Origin: a virus
Strand: one strand, 5' to 3'
Virus record (IMG/VR): IMGVR_UViG_3300038856_000064
Span: 64,001-128,000 of that record
Length of the DNA stretch: 64,000 nucleotides
Both the position numbers and the translations under genes were made by a program. The notes under the pieces are model-generated. The model was given only the letters and a program-made list of their open reading frames with translations. It did not search any database and was not told where the DNA came from. Each line of letters begins with the position of its first letter. Position 1 is the stretch's first letter. Of this stretch, positions 1 to 8,585 are shown piece after piece.

Positions 1-369
1 GTCGTTAGGATTCAAGCCTGCATTTCGTGCTCGTAAGCTAATAAAATCTTCGGTAGGGCGCTCGTAGAAATTACTATAGCGTGGCCAGTATTGTAAGTCA
101 TAATACTTATCATGCCTTTTTACAACATCTAGAATCTTACGATCCATATCATGCTCTGCTTCTTGTCTAGTTGTGTGACCTTCGGGCAATTTCCAATATA
201 CTATTTCATCAATATGAGGGTTGCCAGCAATAACGGGGGCGAATTTATCTCTTATGTGCCACGAAATAAAAGCATCTGGATGAAGCTCGCGGATGTGTTT
301 TATTATTGGTGTAGCATAAAGCACGTCAGCCATTGCCCCCCACGCAATAATACCGATCGACTTAGGCAT
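1..369 (-). CDS. GT9 family (heptosyltransferase-like) glycosyltransferase, 3' end beyond window; not in ORF track
   Basis: Hand translation from ATG at 369 is open to the edge: MPKSIGIIAWGAMADVLYATPIIKHIRELHPDAFISWHIRDKFAPVIAGNPHIDEIV..., matching the GT9 N-terminus (G-D-V-L-x-x-T-P ... P-x-A-x-I ... N-P-x-I-D-E). G-rich RBS upstream. Confidence 0.8.
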   Translation of the reverse strand, partial: MPKSIGIIAWGAMADVLYATPIIKHIRELHPDAFISWHIRDKFAPVIAGNPHIDEIVYWKLPEGHTTRQEAEHDMDRKILDVVKRHDKYYDLQYWPRYSNFYERPTEDFISLRARNAGLNPND

Positions 370-613
370 CCTCCCCACCCCCCTCGTCAATCCCGTCAAT
401 CCCCTCTATAATTGCGCTACGGAGACTATCCTGGCGTCCTCGCACCGCCGTTAGTTCTCTATCTAGACGAGATGTCAACTCGGTTAGTTCGCGATTTTTT
501 GCCTCTAGAATAGAGAGGGTGTGGTGATTCTCTTCTACTTTTTGAACCAATGCATCTAGCCTAGTCTGTAGTTCTTCGACTCGTTTTTCGTTTTGTTTAC
601 TTCGCTTGAACAT
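362..613 (-). CDS. small coiled-coil hypothetical protein
   Basis: 83 aa with heptad pattern; GGAGGT RBS; class I promoter directly upstream. Confidence 0.75.
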   Translation of the reverse strand: MFKRSKQNEKRVEELQTRLDALVQKVEENHHTLSILEAKNRELTELTSRLDRELTAVRGRQDSLRSAIIEGIDGIDEGGGEDA

Positions 614-631
614 GGTGTACCTCCATACCTC

Positions 632-659
632 TATTATGTGGCAAGATGCCTATTCCGTG
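632..659 (-). promoter_or_regulatory. class I phage promoter (YACGR-N12-GMCACAYAATA)
   Basis: CACGGAATAGGCATCTTGCCACATAATA; one of six identically spaced copies. Confidence 0.8.
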
Positions 660-668
660 CGGATTTTC

Positions 669-1388
669 TTATATATGCCTGATGCTACTCGAATCAAGAC
701 GCCATAGGGCACAAAGTTCAGGTAGGCGGTGGAACTTATATCCAGCTAGTATGGCCTTTTTCCAAGTCTCATAATCTGGTGACTTACCGTCTAGCTTGAC
801 ATCAGAGCGCGAGAAGCCACCTAGTTGTTTTAAAATCTCAGGACGATAAATCATAGTGGTATGCCCCAAACAATTCTGCCCCTTAGTTAACAGGCAATGT
901 TTTATCTGTTCATGTGTACAGACATCTAGATTAGGTTCATTGGGCTCCACATAATCTAACTCTAACATTTCTGGTGCAGGGTCTCCATAAAATCCTACCA
1001 TGCGAGTAGAAATAAATGAAATTTCTGGATGGTTTCCTAAGAACTTCATCTGCAACTCTAATCTTTGAGGATGGATAATATCATCAAGATCAAAATGCCC
1101 CATCCATTCTGTATCAACTAGAGATGCGCCATAATCAATTACCGCTCCGATTACTGGTTCGCTCTTAAATGAATAAGAGTCAACCCTATCCCAAAGATCA
1201 TCACTCAGGCAAGATAGGGCATCGTTCCACTCAAGCACCTTCTCGGACGTATCCCAATCCCAATTGTGGGCGATGAAGATGATATTAAAATCTCGAAATG
1301 TCTGTCTCTCTAGTTGTTCTGCCCAATGCTTAATCCAAGGACGGTGAGCTTCATGACAATATGAAAGAATTGTTAAGTTCTTAGTCAT
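669..1388 (-). CDS. GT2 family glycosyltransferase
   Basis: QTFRDF, DLDD (DxD), PQRLELQ, H-T-T-M-I-Y-R and DYETW motifs typical of GT2. Confidence 0.85.
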   Translation of the reverse strand: MTKNLTILSYCHEAHRPWIKHWAEQLERQTFRDFNIIFIAHNWDWDTSEKVLEWNDALSCLSDDLWDRVDSYSFKSEPVIGAVIDYGASLVDTEWMGHFDLDDIIHPQRLELQMKFLGNHPEISFISTRMVGFYGDPAPEMLELDYVEPNEPNLDVCTHEQIKHCLLTKGQNCLGHTTMIYRPEILKQLGGFSRSDVKLDGKSPDYETWKKAILAGYKFHRLPELCALWRLDSSSIRHI

Positions 1389-1598
1389 CTACATCTCCTA
1401 ACTGGTTTATTAATAGCTTCTTCAATACTCCATCCTAATTTACTTATACGATTTAAAATTGTTTTATATGGCAAGTTATGCGTTTCGCAATAAGTTTTGA
1501 GTGATATACTGCCTATCATAAATTTTACCTTAGGAGGGCGACGATTTGACACCTGTTCCTTTATCAAACCACGTTCCGTCTGAAATATATCTTGCCAC
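1385..1598 (-). pseudogene. internally deleted HNH-type homing endonuclease relic
   Basis: GGAGG RBS + GTG start gives MARYISDGTWF; the C-terminal part KEQVSNRR...LPYKTILNRISKLGWSIEEAINKPV lies in another frame; nuclease core absent. Confidence 0.6.
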
Positions 1599-1600
1599 GC

Positions 1601-1816
1601 CTAATCCTCCAACCATACAAAAATCTTAGAAGGTTCTGTACAATGTTCTACACCATTCTCGTCATAAAATGGAATAAATGTAGCATCCTCTAAAAGCGCA
1701 TCCTTAACCCATTCTTCGATTTGTTTACGAAATGCCGCATTCTCTTTTTTAGTCCCTAGACTCTCAAATGATGCCTTTACTTCACATCCGATTGTTACCT
1801 TTATAGTCTTAGCCAT
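1601..1816 (-). CDS. hypothetical protein
   Basis: 71-aa ORF packed between neighbours, overlapping the upstream stop. Confidence 0.65.
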   Translation of the reverse strand: MAKTIKVTIGCEVKASFESLGTKKENAAFRKQIEEWVKDALLEDATFIPFYDENGVEHCTEPSKIFVWLED

Positions 1817-2825
1817 TCCATCCCCTTCCCGTTCTCCAGTCCTCTATGAAATTTTTCATCCTAGTTGTCCACAAATTTTTCTCACGTTTATGATATGCCG
1901 CATTAGCAATTTCTTGTCGTTCATGTGGATGATCCAAGTAATACTTGATGCCATCGATCATATCGTGCACAAAGTGATACTCTACAAATTCTTTATTGGG
2001 TGTGTAAATCTTATGAAGATCATCTGTCTCTGTATGTTGGGTAGTAACCATGAAGGCTCCGCATCCCAATAATTCGAAATCTCTTCCCTTGATTTGGCCA
2101 TGGTTAGCGCTCCTAGAACACCAACGTAAGTTAAGGTTGATCATACTATCATTAAAGATGCTAACCATATCTTTACAGCTAGGGCGCCCATGATGATCTG
2201 GATGATCTCCCCAAAAGTGTCCCCACGTATGCACACGAATCCCAGCGCCACGTAATTGAGCAATGATACTCTCACGAATTCCGTGTCTTTGCCCGACAAA
2301 CGATACCTCGAATTGTGGCCCTGTAAATGATAGCTCGCGATGACACCAACTAGGAATTCCGAATGGCATATGATAACACTTTACTCCATCATTGCGAAGT
2401 TGATCCATCATATGAAGCGCTGGACTAATTGTGTGAGTATCATACCCCTCTGTGACTCTAGACTCTACAAAGCGGTCGCCCGAATAATGCTTATAGCGCA
2501 TATGGATATCGGGGTGATAGCTTACTATTGGAGTGCCGCCGTCGATTATTTGACGAGCCTGCGGGAGGTGAATACCCAATGCATGCGTGACTGGAATTTG
2601 GAAAATTAAGTCAACGCCCTTTGCAAGACTTACTAAACGCTCTAGCCCCTTAGGGTCGCTCTGAGTGTCAACCCAATGTGTCTCTAGCTCTACTAAACCC
2701 TCGTCTTCTAGTTGCTTCCATGGTTTATAGATATTTTCGTATTCCCACGAGGCGTTGGAAAAGTCAGGCTTCATCTGTCCGTTCTGCCCAAAGTCAGCAT
2801 ACAAACAGGCTAGTAAAATCTTCAT
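1809..2825 (-). CDS. CgeB-like (GT-B, Glyco_trans_1_2) glycosyltransferase
   Basis: VSFVGQ..GIRE, INLN, KGRDFELLGCGAF, YYLDHPHERQEIA motifs. Confidence 0.85.
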   Translation of the reverse strand: MKILLACLYADFGQNGQMKPDFSNASWEYENIYKPWKQLEDEGLVELETHWVDTQSDPKGLERLVSLAKGVDLIFQIPVTHALGIHLPQARQIIDGGTPIVSYHPDIHMRYKHYSGDRFVESRVTEGYDTHTISPALHMMDQLRNDGVKCYHMPFGIPSWCHRELSFTGPQFEVSFVGQRHGIRESIIAQLRGAGIRVHTWGHFWGDHPDHHGRPSCKDMVSIFNDSMINLNLRWCSRSANHGQIKGRDFELLGCGAFMVTTQHTETDDLHKIYTPNKEFVEYHFVHDMIDGIKYYLDHPHERQEIANAAYHKREKNLWTTRMKNFIEDWRTGRGWNG

Positions 2826-3553
2826 TACTCCTCCACCAAATTTAGATGTATCCGGTAAATCTTACCGTCGATCTCAATCTTACGCCCAGACCAGTCATTA
2901 TCAAATGTCCGAGCCCTAAGTTCATTGATAAGATCATAGCCATCATATAAGCGCATTTCACTCTTCGTTATGGGGGGCAACTCAAAGTCTTTGCTATGGT
3001 GACTAACCGCCTTACTTTCGTCTTGTGGGACCCCATTGGGTATATGATTATTTGCAATTAGAAATAAATTAGTATCTATCAACTCCTTCATCGCTTTGAC
3101 TGCCTTGTCGTAGGCAGACTCTCCCGTATCCAGTGGTGTTAGCTCAACCTTCTTTTGCCATAGAATATTACCCGTATCGACTCCATCATCGACCCTATGA
3201 ATAGTGACCCCAAACGGTGTCCCCTCTACGATGGACCAATAGTATGGATGCTTTCCTCTCCCGTATGGGAGATAAGATGGGTGGGTATTAATTACTGTTA
3301 GTCCTGGAGTTTTATGGATATGCTTAAGAATCTTAGGCCACCAAGCGAGTACAATTAGATCAGGTTTGAATGTATCTACAAGGTGTTGAGTAAGAGACTC
3401 ATCTGTATATTTAAATGAAGGAATATCCTCTAGCACACACCACGCCCCCTCATGTTGAACAAAGGCAACATTTTCTGGACGGTATGAAATTATCCGATCA
3501 CAAAGATATTTGCCAACCTCGTGATTACCAGCAAGTATACCTATCTTAGTCAT
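2825..3553 (-). CDS. sugar N-formyltransferase (formyl-THF dependent, VioF-like)
   Basis: INTHPSYLPYGRGKHP and GVTIHRVDDGVDTG signature; C-terminal LRARTF; located next to DegT. Confidence 0.88.
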   Translation of the reverse strand: MTKIGILAGNHEVGKYLCDRIISYRPENVAFVQHEGAWCVLEDIPSFKYTDESLTQHLVDTFKPDLIVLAWWPKILKHIHKTPGLTVINTHPSYLPYGRGKHPYYWSIVEGTPFGVTIHRVDDGVDTGNILWQKKVELTPLDTGESAYDKAVKAMKELIDTNLFLIANNHIPNGVPQDESKAVSHHSKDFELPPITKSEMRLYDGYDLINELRARTFDNDWSGRKIEIDGKIYRIHLNLVEE

Positions 3554-4232
3554 CGTTCTTACCTATAAACACAACCTCAGGATGCCACTGATCGTAAATG
3601 ATAGCGGAAGATTCACGGTATTCGCAATACCTATAGGTATGTTTGATATGCTTAATTTCCTCGTCCTCCATCACTGGACTTAGTAAACGCCCCGTCTGCT
3701 CGAAGATCTGTAATATATTTCTAGTTGGCGTAATCTTACTTTTATTCCAGGTATTACCATCCATAAATGGTTGTCCAGTGATTAAATCTTCTACTACGTA
3801 GAGACCGCCTTTTCTAACAAACGGAAATAGGGCACCTAGAGAAATCTGTTGGTGTGCCTGATCATGACTTCCGTCGTCCACAATGATGTCGAAAATTCCT
3901 ATTCCGAATTCATCAATCGCGCGCAATAGCTCTTTTCTATTGCCCTGATCGGCTATGGTGGTAAAGATACGATCGTGCTTTAGTAGGTGTGCAATTTCAT
4001 AGCATGTGGTAATATCAATGCCATGCACCTCAGCGTTAGGAAAATACTCAGCCCACGTTCGAAGCGAGCTACCCTTATTTGTCCCAATCTCAAGAATCTT
4101 AAGTGGCGCGTCTCTCTCAATTCCTTGGCGTTTAAAATACTCCAAGTAAAGTGGAAGATAACCCAACTCTAACTTGTCGGTTTGGAATTGTCTGGCGAAT
4201 TCCTTAAGTTCATCTAGATTATGATTGTTCAT
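3546..4232 (-). CDS. class I SAM-dependent sugar O-methyltransferase (MycE/TylE-like)
   Basis: LEIG..GSSL..W.EYFPNA.VHGIDI, DQG, FDIIVDDGSH, GGLYVVED. Confidence 0.8.
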   Translation of the reverse strand: MNNHNLDELKEFARQFQTDKLELGYLPLYLEYFKRQGIERDAPLKILEIGTNKGSSLRTWAEYFPNAEVHGIDITTCYEIAHLLKHDRIFTTIADQGNRKELLRAIDEFGIGIFDIIVDDGSHDQAHQQISLGALFPFVRKGGLYVVEDLITGQPFMDGNTWNKSKITPTRNILQIFEQTGRLLSPVMEDEEIKHIKHTYRYCEYRESSAIIYDQWHPEVVFIGKNDD

Positions 4233-5355
4233 CTAATATTACCTTGAGTGTATCTATAACTCTAACAACATCATCATCTGTTAATTCTAGATGGATAGGA
4301 AGAGTCAATAGCTCGTTAGAAAGTTCATGTGCCACTGGACACGTATTCATACCATGCCTATACATACGATAAAAAGTATTGTCAATATAGTGGACGCCAG
4401 GGTAAATCTTCTCTTTGTTTAATGCCTCAACAACAGCGTCACGATTATAGACTGCCATCTGGAAGAGGTGACATGATGATTTTACGTTAGGATCTTCTAC
4501 AATTCCCCTAGTCTGATATGGAAAGTTATGCTTGTATTGAAGGGCAATATCTATGCGACGTTTATTATCTTCATCTAGATACTTTAGTCCTACTAATCCC
4601 AGGGCTGCCATTATGGCATTGCCATGGTACTTATAACCAACCTCTGGCACATCGTATCTCCACTTATAAGAGCCTCCACGCTCACTTCGCATAAATGTAT
4701 CCTTGTCGATACCTAGCCAGCTTAACTTGCGTGACTTGGCATCAAACTCGGCATCCTGAAAGCATACCATACCTGAGTCCGCCGTGGGGAGATTTTTCAC
4801 AGATTGAAAGCTAAAAACAGCAACATCTGCCTCGTTACCAATATGTCGTCCGTCAACCTCCGCTCCAGCGAGATGAGCAGCATCTAGAATAAATTTAAGT
4901 CCATGCTTCTTACAGATAGCGCGGATCTCGTTTAATGGCCCTGGGTTCCCTCCCATGCCCACATACATAACTGCCCGCGTCCTGGTAGTAATCTTGCTCT
5001 CGACCTCCTTAGGGTCCAGGCAGAGGGTCCTTTCGTCCACGTCAGCGAACACGGGGAATAGTCTCTCATAGAGGATAGCGTGGTTAGTTGACACAAACGT
5101 CAGGGGTGTGGTGATTATCTCGTCACCGTCACTCCACCCATAGGCATCCTTAAAAATTTTGACAGCTAGATGCAGTCCTGCTGTTGCCGAGTTAACAAAA
5201 TGAGCATGTGGTAATCCAGTATACTTTTTCCAGGCTTGCTCAAATTCGACTGTCTTACCACCAAGACCAGTCCAACCAGCGTCAAGACATTCCCGAATAG
5301 ACTTTAGGCACTCTTCTACTCTATAAATCGGTTTTAGGACCTGCAAGCTCTTCAT
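4219..5355 (-). CDS. DegT/DnrJ/EryC1/StrS PLP-dependent sugar aminotransferase
   Basis: NSATAGLHLA, TPLTFVST, DAAH, FSFQSVKNL (PLP lysine), LTLPIH. Confidence 0.95.
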   Translation of the reverse strand: MKSLQVLKPIYRVEECLKSIRECLDAGWTGLGGKTVEFEQAWKKYTGLPHAHFVNSATAGLHLAVKIFKDAYGWSDGDEIITTPLTFVSTNHAILYERLFPVFADVDERTLCLDPKEVESKITTRTRAVMYVGMGGNPGPLNEIRAICKKHGLKFILDAAHLAGAEVDGRHIGNEADVAVFSFQSVKNLPTADSGMVCFQDAEFDAKSRKLSWLGIDKDTFMRSERGGSYKWRYDVPEVGYKYHGNAIMAALGLVGLKYLDEDNKRRIDIALQYKHNFPYQTRGIVEDPNVKSSCHLFQMAVYNRDAVVEALNKEKIYPGVHYIDNTFYRMYRHGMNTCPVAHELSNELLTLPIHLELTDDDVVRVIDTLKVILDEQS

Positions 5356-5609
5356 TAAATAAAATCCCTCATATCATTCATAGTATGCTCGACAACCCTA
5401 GCGCTATCCCACCAATCAAAATGATCTAGATGATTCTTCATCTCTTCTTCTGAATCATCTTTAAAAAGATCTCTTAGCCACGCATGACCATCAGCGTTGT
5501 ATTTATCACAAGCCTCCTGTGCTGCCTCCTCTGTATCAAAGATGCCCAGAAGATTATAACCCTCATCATTTGAGTTAATGACAGTGTATACTGTTCTATG
5601 TGTATCCAT
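5355..5609 (-). CDS. hypothetical protein
   Basis: 84-aa acidic ORF, translationally coupled to both neighbours. Confidence 0.65.
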   Translation of the reverse strand: MDTHRTVYTVINSNDEGYNLLGIFDTEEAAQEACDKYNADGHAWLRDLFKDDSEEEMKNHLDHFDWWDSARVVEHTMNDMRDFI

Positions 5610-6318
5610 ATTTCATCCTCATTGCGCGCTTATCAGATTCTAGTTGTTTTGGGATATCTAGATTTTGTGTTAATTGAGATTCCCACATCCTAACGACAAC
5701 ATCTGGTAGTAAATGAATCGCTGGTGGACCAGCTTGCCTATAAAGCTGAATCCACATATCACAATCCATCGCATATAAAATTTTAGGATCACACTTAAGA
5801 GTTAAGCTACTATCAAACATTATAGCGCTCGGGCATCCTATCTGATTAACACCTTCTACCATAGCCTTCTCCCCAGGCCATCTAGGTTGATGTGGGCGCT
5901 CTCTTTTTACCCCCTCAGAGTCAGTATGGGTGCACATACTTGCGAGCCATTTAGCGTCGCTTTTTTCTAGTGTTGCAACCATGTCTGCAATTGCCGTTCT
6001 GCTATCTAGTAGGTCATCTTGATTCATAATCTTAATATAACGATGTCCGCAATTCACACCCAGTCCTATAGCACTATTGGTATTAGCTGCTGGTCCCCTG
6101 CCACTACATCCAATAACCCTACATTCTTTTGTGCATTTAGATAACTCAGACATCATACGCTTATTTCCCGCAATATCTTCACTAGGCTGAATAGATGCTA
6201 ATACGAGAATACTTGAATAGGTCTGAATATTGATGGAGTGAATCAGCTCACCTAACACTCTAGGTGTCTCTGGTCCTGAATAATAAATAGGAATGCAGAT
6301 TGAGACTAGTGGCTTCAT
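5596..6318 (-). CDS. GT2 family glycosyltransferase
   Basis: LVSICIPIY, AANTNSAI, YIKIMNQDD, IGCPSAIM, DCDMW. Confidence 0.85.
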   Translation of the reverse strand: MKPLVSICIPIYYSGPETPRVLGELIHSINIQTYSSILVLASIQPSEDIAGNKRMMSELSKCTKECRVIGCSGRGPAANTNSAIGLGVNCGHRYIKIMNQDDLLDSRTAIADMVATLEKSDAKWLASMCTHTDSEGVKRERPHQPRWPGEKAMVEGVNQIGCPSAIMFDSSLTLKCDPKILYAMDCDMWIQLYRQAGPPAIHLLPDVVVRMWESQLTQNLDIPKQLESDKRAMRMKYGYT

Positions 6319-7223
6319 AGAATTTCATTATCCTTACACCAAGATATTATAGTTTCTGCGCGATTTTTGTACGAGTGATTCGCGTGCATATACTCCATCA
6401 AGCGCTGACCATTCTCTCGCATTTCCTTAAGCCTATTCGGATGGCAAAACTCGACATCCTTAATCATTCTTTCTAGTTGCTCAAACGAATCAAAACACTG
6501 AACAGAATCATCTAGAAAATCAGGGATAAATTCTTTGAAATCCTCATAGCTAGCGCGATCCATCAAAAGATTAGTGCCACAACCAGCCGTTTCCCAGGGG
6601 CGTCCTGGTACCAGCCCCCTACATGCATCCTGATTGATATGTATCATTGTATATAGCTGATTAGTCTCGTCGATCAGCGCCTCGCCGAAAACGCCATTCA
6701 CGCAACGAACCTTCTCTAGTAGCTTTTCTCTCTCGGCAGTTATACTTCCTACAAACCCTATCGTAAACTGCTTTAGTATTTCTGGCTTACGCCTATGAAT
6801 TTGTGGAGAGCATGCGTATGGTAAATGTAATACTGGACTAGGTGTTCTTTCTTTAAATCGATCAACAAATAATTTGTTAGCAACTAGATAGCCATGATAA
6901 CTATCACCGAATGCCTTTTTGAATGATTGCTCTGGATGATAACTTACGTCAAAATCCCAATATAGTCTTGGAATGTACTTAAGGTTATGGTGGTAGAACA
7001 AGGAACTATAACCGGACATTCCATCGTTCATCTCAGTAACTATAAGAAGGTCAAACTCCTCTTCTCGGGCTTCTTTAGCACCTAGGAATCTATACGGCTC
7101 TTCATAAAAGTTTCCATAAAAAATAGCCTCGTGACCTGCTTGCTTAAATCCCTCAACTAATTGCTGAGCCGTGCAGCGGTCTGGTTGTTGGGGAATACAT
7201 CTCCCGGTTACTAGGACTTTCAT
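6315..7223 (-). CDS. CgeB-like GT-B glycosyltransferase (start revised to MKVLVTG)
   Basis: HLPYAC, IGFVGS, RPWETAGCG, HSYKNRA; ATG at 7223 overlaps the stop of the upstream microprotein (ATGA). Confidence 0.8.
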   Translation of the reverse strand: MKVLVTGRCIPQQPDRCTAQQLVEGFKQAGHEAIFYGNFYEEPYRFLGAKEAREEEFDLLIVTEMNDGMSGYSSLFYHHNLKYIPRLYWDFDVSYHPEQSFKKAFGDSYHGYLVANKLFVDRFKERTPSPVLHLPYACSPQIHRRKPEILKQFTIGFVGSITAEREKLLEKVRCVNGVFGEALIDETNQLYTMIHINQDACRGLVPGRPWETAGCGTNLLMDRASYEDFKEFIPDFLDDSVQCFDSFEQLERMIKDVEFCHPNRLKEMRENGQRLMEYMHANHSYKNRAETIISWCKDNEIL

Positions 7224-7339
7224 ACTATCAACCCAATAATAAGCCATGTGACAAGAAGGACTAAAAATAAAGTAATACTTCTTCTCATATGACGACGTTC
7301 TTCTTTTGAAGAGTAATAATCTTTTGGAGGATATGTCAT
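7220..7339 (-). CDS. 39-aa single-pass membrane microprotein; not in ORF track
   Basis: MTYPPKDYYSSKEERRHMRRSITLFLVLLVTWLIIGLIV*; GGGAG RBS; ATGA overlaps at both ends. Confidence 0.75.
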   Translation of the reverse strand: MTYPPKDYYSSKEERRHMRRSITLFLVLLVTWLIIGLIV

Positions 7340-7863
7340 ACTCCCACCTCATCTATAACCCTACAAAGAATGCTATCCAAGTTCTTTTCGACACTAGGAT
7401 TACCAAGGTTTATGATTGGGATATTGTTTTCTCTAGCGACACGCATAGCTAATGCAGTACCACCTACATATTTGCCCTCATCAGTATAACAAATTACTAA
7501 ATCAGATGGGGTTTTTAAATCTACACCTAGAACCTGAAATATATTACGTTGCTTGATACGCTTTACACCCTGAGATATATCATCGTTAGCATAGGGGTCA
7601 TGACGATAAACAAGGTCGAGTGCATCGTCGCGTAACTCTTCTGTATGAGCACGCCCAAGAATTGGCAGCTCCTTATTGAAGGTGCTCCATGGCATGTATA
7701 TTATACAGTGATCTCTAGCGCCACGCTCGAAAGCATAATCTGCTCCTTCTGCATGTCCTGAGCGAATCCACCATCCACGCTCGCGTGCTTCTGCGCCGAG
7801 TTCTACAAATAGGTCGCAAATTTCAGGTGTAGTGTTACGCGAGCCAATTCCGGTAATTATCAA
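7336..7863 (-). CDS. SLOG/DprA-like nucleotide-binding protein
   Basis: GIGSR.T, RSGHAEGAD.AFE, RN.FQVLG, GGTA motifs of the phage SLOG family. Confidence 0.8.
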   Translation of the reverse strand: MIITGIGSRNTTPEICDLFVELGAEARERGWWIRSGHAEGADYAFERGARDHCIIYMPWSTFNKELPILGRAHTEELRDDALDLVYRHDPYANDDISQGVKRIKQRNIFQVLGVDLKTPSDLVICYTDEGKYVGGTALAMRVARENNIPIINLGNPSVEKNLDSILCRVIDEVGV

Positions 7864-8057
7864 TCCAATAACTCCTGCAATTCTTTAATCCACTGCCGAA
7901 AACCTTCGCGGTCTAAGGTGGCATAAAAATATCCATCACATTCCTCAGTAATGCAAAATTCATTGTCATCGATTTTCTCTACTGATACAACACTTCGAGA
8001 AAGTAAAAAATTACTAACCGATTCTAATCCGCGCCAATTATCTTCATCTTCGTTCAT
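7860..8057 (-). CDS. hypothetical protein
   Basis: 65 aa, ATGA coupling at both ends. Confidence 0.65.
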   Translation of the reverse strand: MNEDEDNWRGLESVSNFLLSRSVVSVEKIDDNEFCITEECDGYFYATLDREGFRQWIKELQELLD

Positions 8058-8584
8058 AGTTTTATGTCACTCCCCTTACGATCCGAAACTTCATTAAACT
8101 TCTGACGAACTAGATCTTCTAATTTAAGACCAAAACGAGTAGCAACTAGATCAGCATATATAACTACATCGGCGATCTCCTTTCCGATTTCTTCTAAAGG
8201 AATATTGCCATCGCGCTTCATCTTCTTGGTGAGATTACATAACTCGCCTACCTCCCCAGCGAGGGCATTGGTCCACTCGCCAGGAGACCAATCTGTTAGT
8301 CCCTCGTCGTGTTTAAAAGCTGTTATGGCACGCTCGTAACCTACGCGACGTAGTTTACTAAAGCAAAGACTACCGATATCTTCTAATACCTGGACATCTC
8401 TTTCCACTACCTCTGACATATTAAACGAAAGTGGACAACTCTTTATGTCCTCATATGGAACTATAGAGTATATGTCATATTCATCTAGAATATCAAATGT
8501 AACTTGCCCAACCTTTAGAACCTTGACAATCTTATTAGTGGGCGTATGTATTACAAAATCTCCTACTTCTATTTTATCGCTCAT
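8054..8584 (-). CDS. MazG-like NTP pyrophosphohydrolase with N-terminal extension
   Basis: GEVGEL...KEIADVVIY all-alpha NTP-PPase motif; likely start MSDKIEVG at 8584. Confidence 0.82.
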   Translation of the reverse strand: MSDKIEVGDFVIHTPTNKIVKVLKVGQVTFDILDEYDIYSIVPYEDIKSCPLSFNMSEVVERDVQVLEDIGSLCFSKLRRVGYERAITAFKHDEGLTDWSPGEWTNALAGEVGELCNLTKKMKRDGNIPLEEIGKEIADVVIYADLVATRFGLKLEDLVRQKFNEVSDRKGSDIKL

Positions 8585-8585
8585 A

